Below are positions 58,766 through 64,000 of a stretch of 64,000 bases of DNA, one piece after another. The position numbers were made by a program, and so were the translations under genes. Numbering within the stretch: the stretch's first letter is position 1; each line of letters begins with the position of its first letter. The stretch covers positions 9,176,001-9,240,000 of the forward strand of contig CM022675.1 in assembly GCA_012295275.1 (NCBI GenBank), read 5' to 3'. Origin of the DNA: Chrysomallon squamiferum. Its lineage: Eukaryota > Animalia > Mollusca. The notes below the pieces were generated by a model. It was given only the letters and a program-made list of their open reading frames with translations, had not been told where the DNA came from and made no database searches.

Positions 58766-61422
58766 GTGAGTACTTTCTATAACATTCTGTTTTCAAACTG
58801 TATTTTGCCTGGAGACAGTTTTGCGACATTTGATGACATGTTCTTCCCGATTCCGTCGTATTTTCTTCTACGACTGGTTACCTTCGCGGCACCTGCCGCC
58901 TCCCGTTTGATCATTATAACCAGTGGCCGTAGTGGCTGAAATTACAAGGATGCCTTCCAAATGTGTAATTACAAATCACATGATAAAAAAAGCTCAAAGA
59001 ATTCCTTATAATTTTTTGTTTCAGTTGACACCTAAATTACGTCTAGGTAACCGAAGGTGTGTCGGTTCTAAATATGGCTTCTGATGTTGATCCGCGTCCA
59101 ATTTCGTCCACTTTTCTCATATTCCAATAACAGGAATGGCGGCTTGTCGCTGCTAATAATGATGGAGAAAAACAATATTGGTGTTTTCTTTGCTTGGTTT
59201 TCGGTAAATTGTGCCTAGTTTCATACAGGAAAATATTTCTACAAGCTGCAAGGCTTGTCGGACTAATGGCAGTACAGTGCGCGAGGAGGGCAGGCGTCAT
59301 GTTTTAATTTTGTCCCTGGGTCAATCACAAGAAATTCCGATACCTACTCGCTCGTCTTAACATAATGAGGCAGGCTTTTCCTATTCACTGTTTCTATGAT
59401 AGATTTTCCTTAACGCTGAAATGAAAAATTATTTAATGAATTTTGTTCTTTGATTTCACCCCCCCATGCTAATCGAGAGGCACTTACGTTGACGAAAGAG
59501 GTCACAGGTTTAGAATGACATACATTAATAAATTATTTTGTTTATGTTGGTGACTTTTATATTTAATTATTTAATATATTTGATGATTTTTATGTGATGT
59601 TAATTAAAGTGTGGAAACAGGTTAAACATTTATTTAATTTTGAAGATGTCATTTTGTTACCAAAATTAATGTTTATTTTTTTTTTTATCAACATTGGAAT
59701 ATTGTATTATGAATATTGTATTAAAAAAAAGAAATATGTAAATATATAATATATAAAAATCGTATATACTAATTAAAATAAAATAATTAATATTAAAATA
59801 TTCTGAATTTAGTTAAAAAATATACCAAATAATTATATTTATTTATTTATTTATTTATACCATTAATTATTATTTATTTATTTATTAATATTTATTTAGT
59901 TTTTAAATAAGGATAACAATAGATTACATGGAAATAATTTTTAATTTTCTTTTTTTTTTCATATTTATTCTTATACTTATTATTTTTTTTTATAATTTTA
60001 TTGTTTTTATCATCTTAAGTTAAAACAAATTATATTTCTCTAGACTGCTATTTATTTGGTAGTAAGAAGGTGCCACATTGCCAGACTAGCTATAACTGAT
60101 CTTTCATCATTAATGTCATTTAATCTTGCTTGACCTCAAGGGTCACACACATGATTTTTCTGCTGTTGTCACATTTTAGTTTAAATAGGTCAAAGGTCAC
60201 TAAAACATGGATTTTCTTTTTCTGTTTTTTTTTCTTCCCCACTTTACTTTGAAAGAGCAGATTTTTTTTTTTTTTTTTTTTTCTCTCTGCATCATTGTAC
60301 TGTAACAGGACAACACTGCAGTTGTAGATGGTGCTGTGTAAACTACACAGAGGTAGTTGCGATTGGATTGGTTTGTGTGTCGTTGGCTGGCTGTCAGAAT
60401 GAGTTTTATTGGAAATCCATTGATCCGCGATACATGATCTCCAAACTAGGAAACAAATAGTTGTAGCCATTTTTACAATGTGTTCTCATCATGACTAGGA
60501 AATGTAGTTTGGTTTATTGAAAAGTCAAAATGATATAAAGGAAAATGTATATTTGTATCATCATTATTATTCCTTTTACTGTTAGTGTAATTGTTGTTGT
60601 TAGTGTTATTATTATTATTATTATTATTGTTATTATTATTTATTATTATTATTATAATTATTATTATTATTATTATTATTATATGTTTAATAAAGGACAT
60701 CAATATGAAGGATAATATTTAATGGTTTGAAATATTTTTAGTTTAAGAGTGATTTGTAATTTTAAATAATATATATTTCCTATTTTTAATTTTTGGTTTG
60801 TTTTATTTAAATAGTGCAGTCATGTTTTATTTATATTAATTACGAATATTGCATTTCCATATTTTATTATGTTACCTACATTTTATATACCTATTCAGTT
60901 TGCAAAGTTACTAATAATCAGCACAGACCTCATTAATAATATGTATTAATAATTTTAATATTAAAAATAAAATAAAATAAATAAATAAATAATTTCTTTA
61001 TATTAATTTCACAAAATTCTTTGTCCCAAAATTTACCTGCATTAAAAATCTTCTTACATACTTCTCCCACCTCTATAAATGTACATCTCTCCTAAATAAT
61101 ATTTATTATCATGAAAGGGAACATAATTACCTGCAATGATGTTGATGGGCATCTATCCACAATCTACTTACTACCTTTCTGTTTATTTTACTTTTAATTT
61201 TGTTATTATATATATTTGTAATCCTCTGTGTACTCTATTCCAACAGTGAGAATAAAACCACTGTCATAAAGCCATTGTCATTGTTTACCTAAGTAATGAT
61301 AACAATCACTAAATAAATATTTGATTATTGTAATTGCACTCCTGAGTGTGATAATCAAATAGATTTTCTCTTTTTTTTTAACCTGTTAATTAAGCCTTCA
61401 TTGACGTTTAACGATCGCTTGA

Positions 61423-61656
61423 CAGGTATTTGATTATCCACTTTACCTGTAATTGTTACAGAACACCGGGTATCACTTACCTCTGCAAACAGGTAATAAT
61501 CACATAATCACCTGAGTAGTAACAGTAATCTCTTTCAGTTACTTAATCACAGAGAACTGATCTGCTATCTCCTGACACCTGTTCGCTCACCTGGAACACC
61601 GATCGTTAAAGGTAAACACAGTTACCTGGTCGATGATGTAACGACTTAGCTACCTG
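61423..61656. promoter_or_regulatory. Homotypic cluster of ZEB-type E2-box/Z-box sites (CAGGTR/YACCTG) in ZEB intron 1
   Basis: Eight sites at 61423, 61444, 61490, 61509, 61576, 61588, 61623 and 61651; two more at 61034 and 61128. Confidence 0.75.
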
Positions 61657-62856
61657 AGGTTAAAGCATTTGTTGGCTTAAGTAATAAAACGCCTGCTACA
61701 AATGATTGGGGATTTTTATAATTTTGTTTGTATTAGTGCTTTGGTTGGGTTGAGGAAAGGTTGATAATTTTTGTTTTATGATTTTCTTTTTGCTCATTAT
61801 AAGCATGATAGAAAACTGATAGAAATAGTTCAGGTTGTTGGTACATTAATTTTTTTGGTTTTGGTATCATGGTGATTCAGGGTTTGCTTCAGTAGTTAGT
61901 TTAATCTTGGTTGAGGTATGTTTTTATTGTTTGTTTTTTTTTAAATATATTTTGAAAATGTAATATTATTATAAAGATTTAAATAAAGTCTGTTTATATG
62001 ATTCAGTATTAAGCTTAATTTGATTTTTATATAAAAATTATCTACAAATTATATTTAATATTGAACATTTATTTTCAAATTAAAAAATATAATTTAGTTT
62101 TAAATATATTTGAAATTTTTATATTTACAATTTAATAATAAAATAAAAAAAATTAAGGTGGTTTGGATATTTAATATATATATATAGATAATATTTAGTT
62201 GAAGAATTAAATTTTGTTTTGTGTGTGTGTGTGCACAAACACCACTTATTTTGAATAAATCACAAATTTATCTAATTACCTTTTAAACAATCCTTCATTA
62301 ATTAACGTACAAAAATAAAATCAAATTTACTGGTTGCTATGACAACAAAAGCTCTGCCCCGCCTTTTGTTTCCTCACTCACACCAAGTTCTCACTAATTT
62401 TCTTCTTAGTCACTGCTCATTGTTCAAAGTGAATGGAATTTAATGTCATGACATTTTATATAAAAACTGACATGATTTCTTTTCTACTACTTGCTCACGA
62501 ACGTTCTATAAAAGATGGATGACTTGATGTCCAAATTAATTCGTTAAACTCTTTTGGGATTTCCTATTTATCTTTATTTAACTGTATTTTTTTTTTTTCT
62601 TCATTTTTTTTAATTTTTTTTTTCACTTCTGTTGTGAATTATGTATGAGTAATTTTTTTAAGCAGTGTTTTGATTTTTCTAAATACATTTTTTGTGTGTG
62701 TGTGTGGTTTACATAATAGGAATATTATGTTTAGATTTAAGAAAATATATTTAAAAAAAATATAATAAATAAAAATATTTTAACTTGTAGAACCAAAAAT
62801 TATCTTGTTTTTATATTTATTTTTTATATTTTAATAATAATAATAATAATAACAAC

Positions 62857-62916
<60 letters not shown>

Positions 62917-63083
62917 TATTATTATTATTATTAATAGATAATTGTTTATTATTACTTTTTTCTGTTGGAATATTTTTCTGAATTTACTTTTTGTTGGGGG
63001 GATAATATTTTTATTTAGATTTGTAATTAATTTAATTAATTCATTCATTATTCATTATTATTATTAATATTGTTATTGTTATC

Positions 63084-63119
<36 letters not shown>

Positions 63120-64000
63120 TTATTACTGTTTTGTTATTGTTATTATTATTATTATTATTTAACTGAAGTTATAATTCTGTTGGAAAATAAATTTTAAAAA
63201 TGTGTGTATTAATTAATTATTTATTGATTTTTTGGTATTGAATTTGATAAACTCACACACAACATAAAAAACCACTCCAAAAACCACACCCCTGTACCTA
63301 AAATTGAATGGTATACTGGTTGGAAATTGAAACAAAAACCTGAACAAGTTCACTAAAGGGAATTGAACCAGTGACACAGTACACCTCAGGCAGAGGGGAC
63401 CTAAACACCGAACTACATTAATAATTAACACTCTTTTATGAAATGGTATTGTTATGATAAAATAGCACAGGTTTTAATTCTGTCATTCTGATATTTTGAT
63501 ATTTTCAAGTGATAGGGGAGGATTAGGTTGCTTCACCAGTCAAACAATTGTGATAATGTTGTGTAGAAAATTGGTTTACTACTGTTGGCCCACATCTTGG
63601 GTGACAGTGGCTTTTATTGTAATAATTGTATATGTTCGAAAATTGTTTTTGCTTGTGTTGGCCCTGATATCAGGTGCTTTTGTGACTTTTGTTGTGTCGG
63701 TTGTATGCTTAAACATTTTTTTTTTTTTGCCCTTATATTGGGTGTATAGGTGTGTCTTTTTATTGAAATTGTTTTGTGTTAAATTTGTTTTGCAAATATT
63801 CGGACTTATTTTGAGTGGTGGTTAATGAAACAGTTTTGTTAGAAGTGTTACAAAACTTTTGGCTTCTGTATTCACTATATGTGGCTGTTATTGAAATAAT
63901 CTTGTGTTAATTCTTTTAATAGTTTTGGCCCATCAGTTGAATTAATTATGCATAAAAACAGTTTTTTTTCTCTCTCTGGGTCTTTCTTTTATATGACATT

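Noticed and set aside
60120-60470. 116-aa minus-strand ORF in ZEB intron 1
   Set aside because: It includes poly-K from T-tracts and shows no family resemblance.

Overview
AT-rich, microsatellite-laden metazoan genomic DNA with spliceosomal GT-AG introns. It is probably lophotrochozoan or molluscan, but that is inference. The left 24 kb is a compact block of four housekeeping-type genes reconstructed by hand from splice sites: the last exon of a TMBIM/lifeguard gene (+), a FASTKD3-like gene (-, 664 aa), a 4-exon NCBP2AS2-like microprotein gene head-to-head with it (+, 81 aa, absent from the ORF track), and WDSUB1 (+, 512 aa). After a hAT-like remnant at about 24 kb comes roughly 34 kb with no recognisable coding exon, built of short CpG-rich, motif-dense modules separated by microsatellite spacers. 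It ends at a 58-nt coding exon (58708-58765, MEEVTRCGRRKQRNPRRKN|GTGAGT) that matches the N-terminus of ZEB1/ZEB2, so the desert is best read as the upstream regulatory landscape of a ZEB/zfh1 gene whose body lies beyond the window. ZEB-type sites (CAGGTR/YACCTG) are strongly clustered in intron 1 and in several upstream modules, suggesting an autoregulatory system. Other notable structures are a long inverted repeat enclosing one such module, duplicated motif grammars, and 3'UTR repeats copied from a coding end. No prokaryotic system, CRISPR array, tRNA, rRNA or recognisable miRNA was seen.
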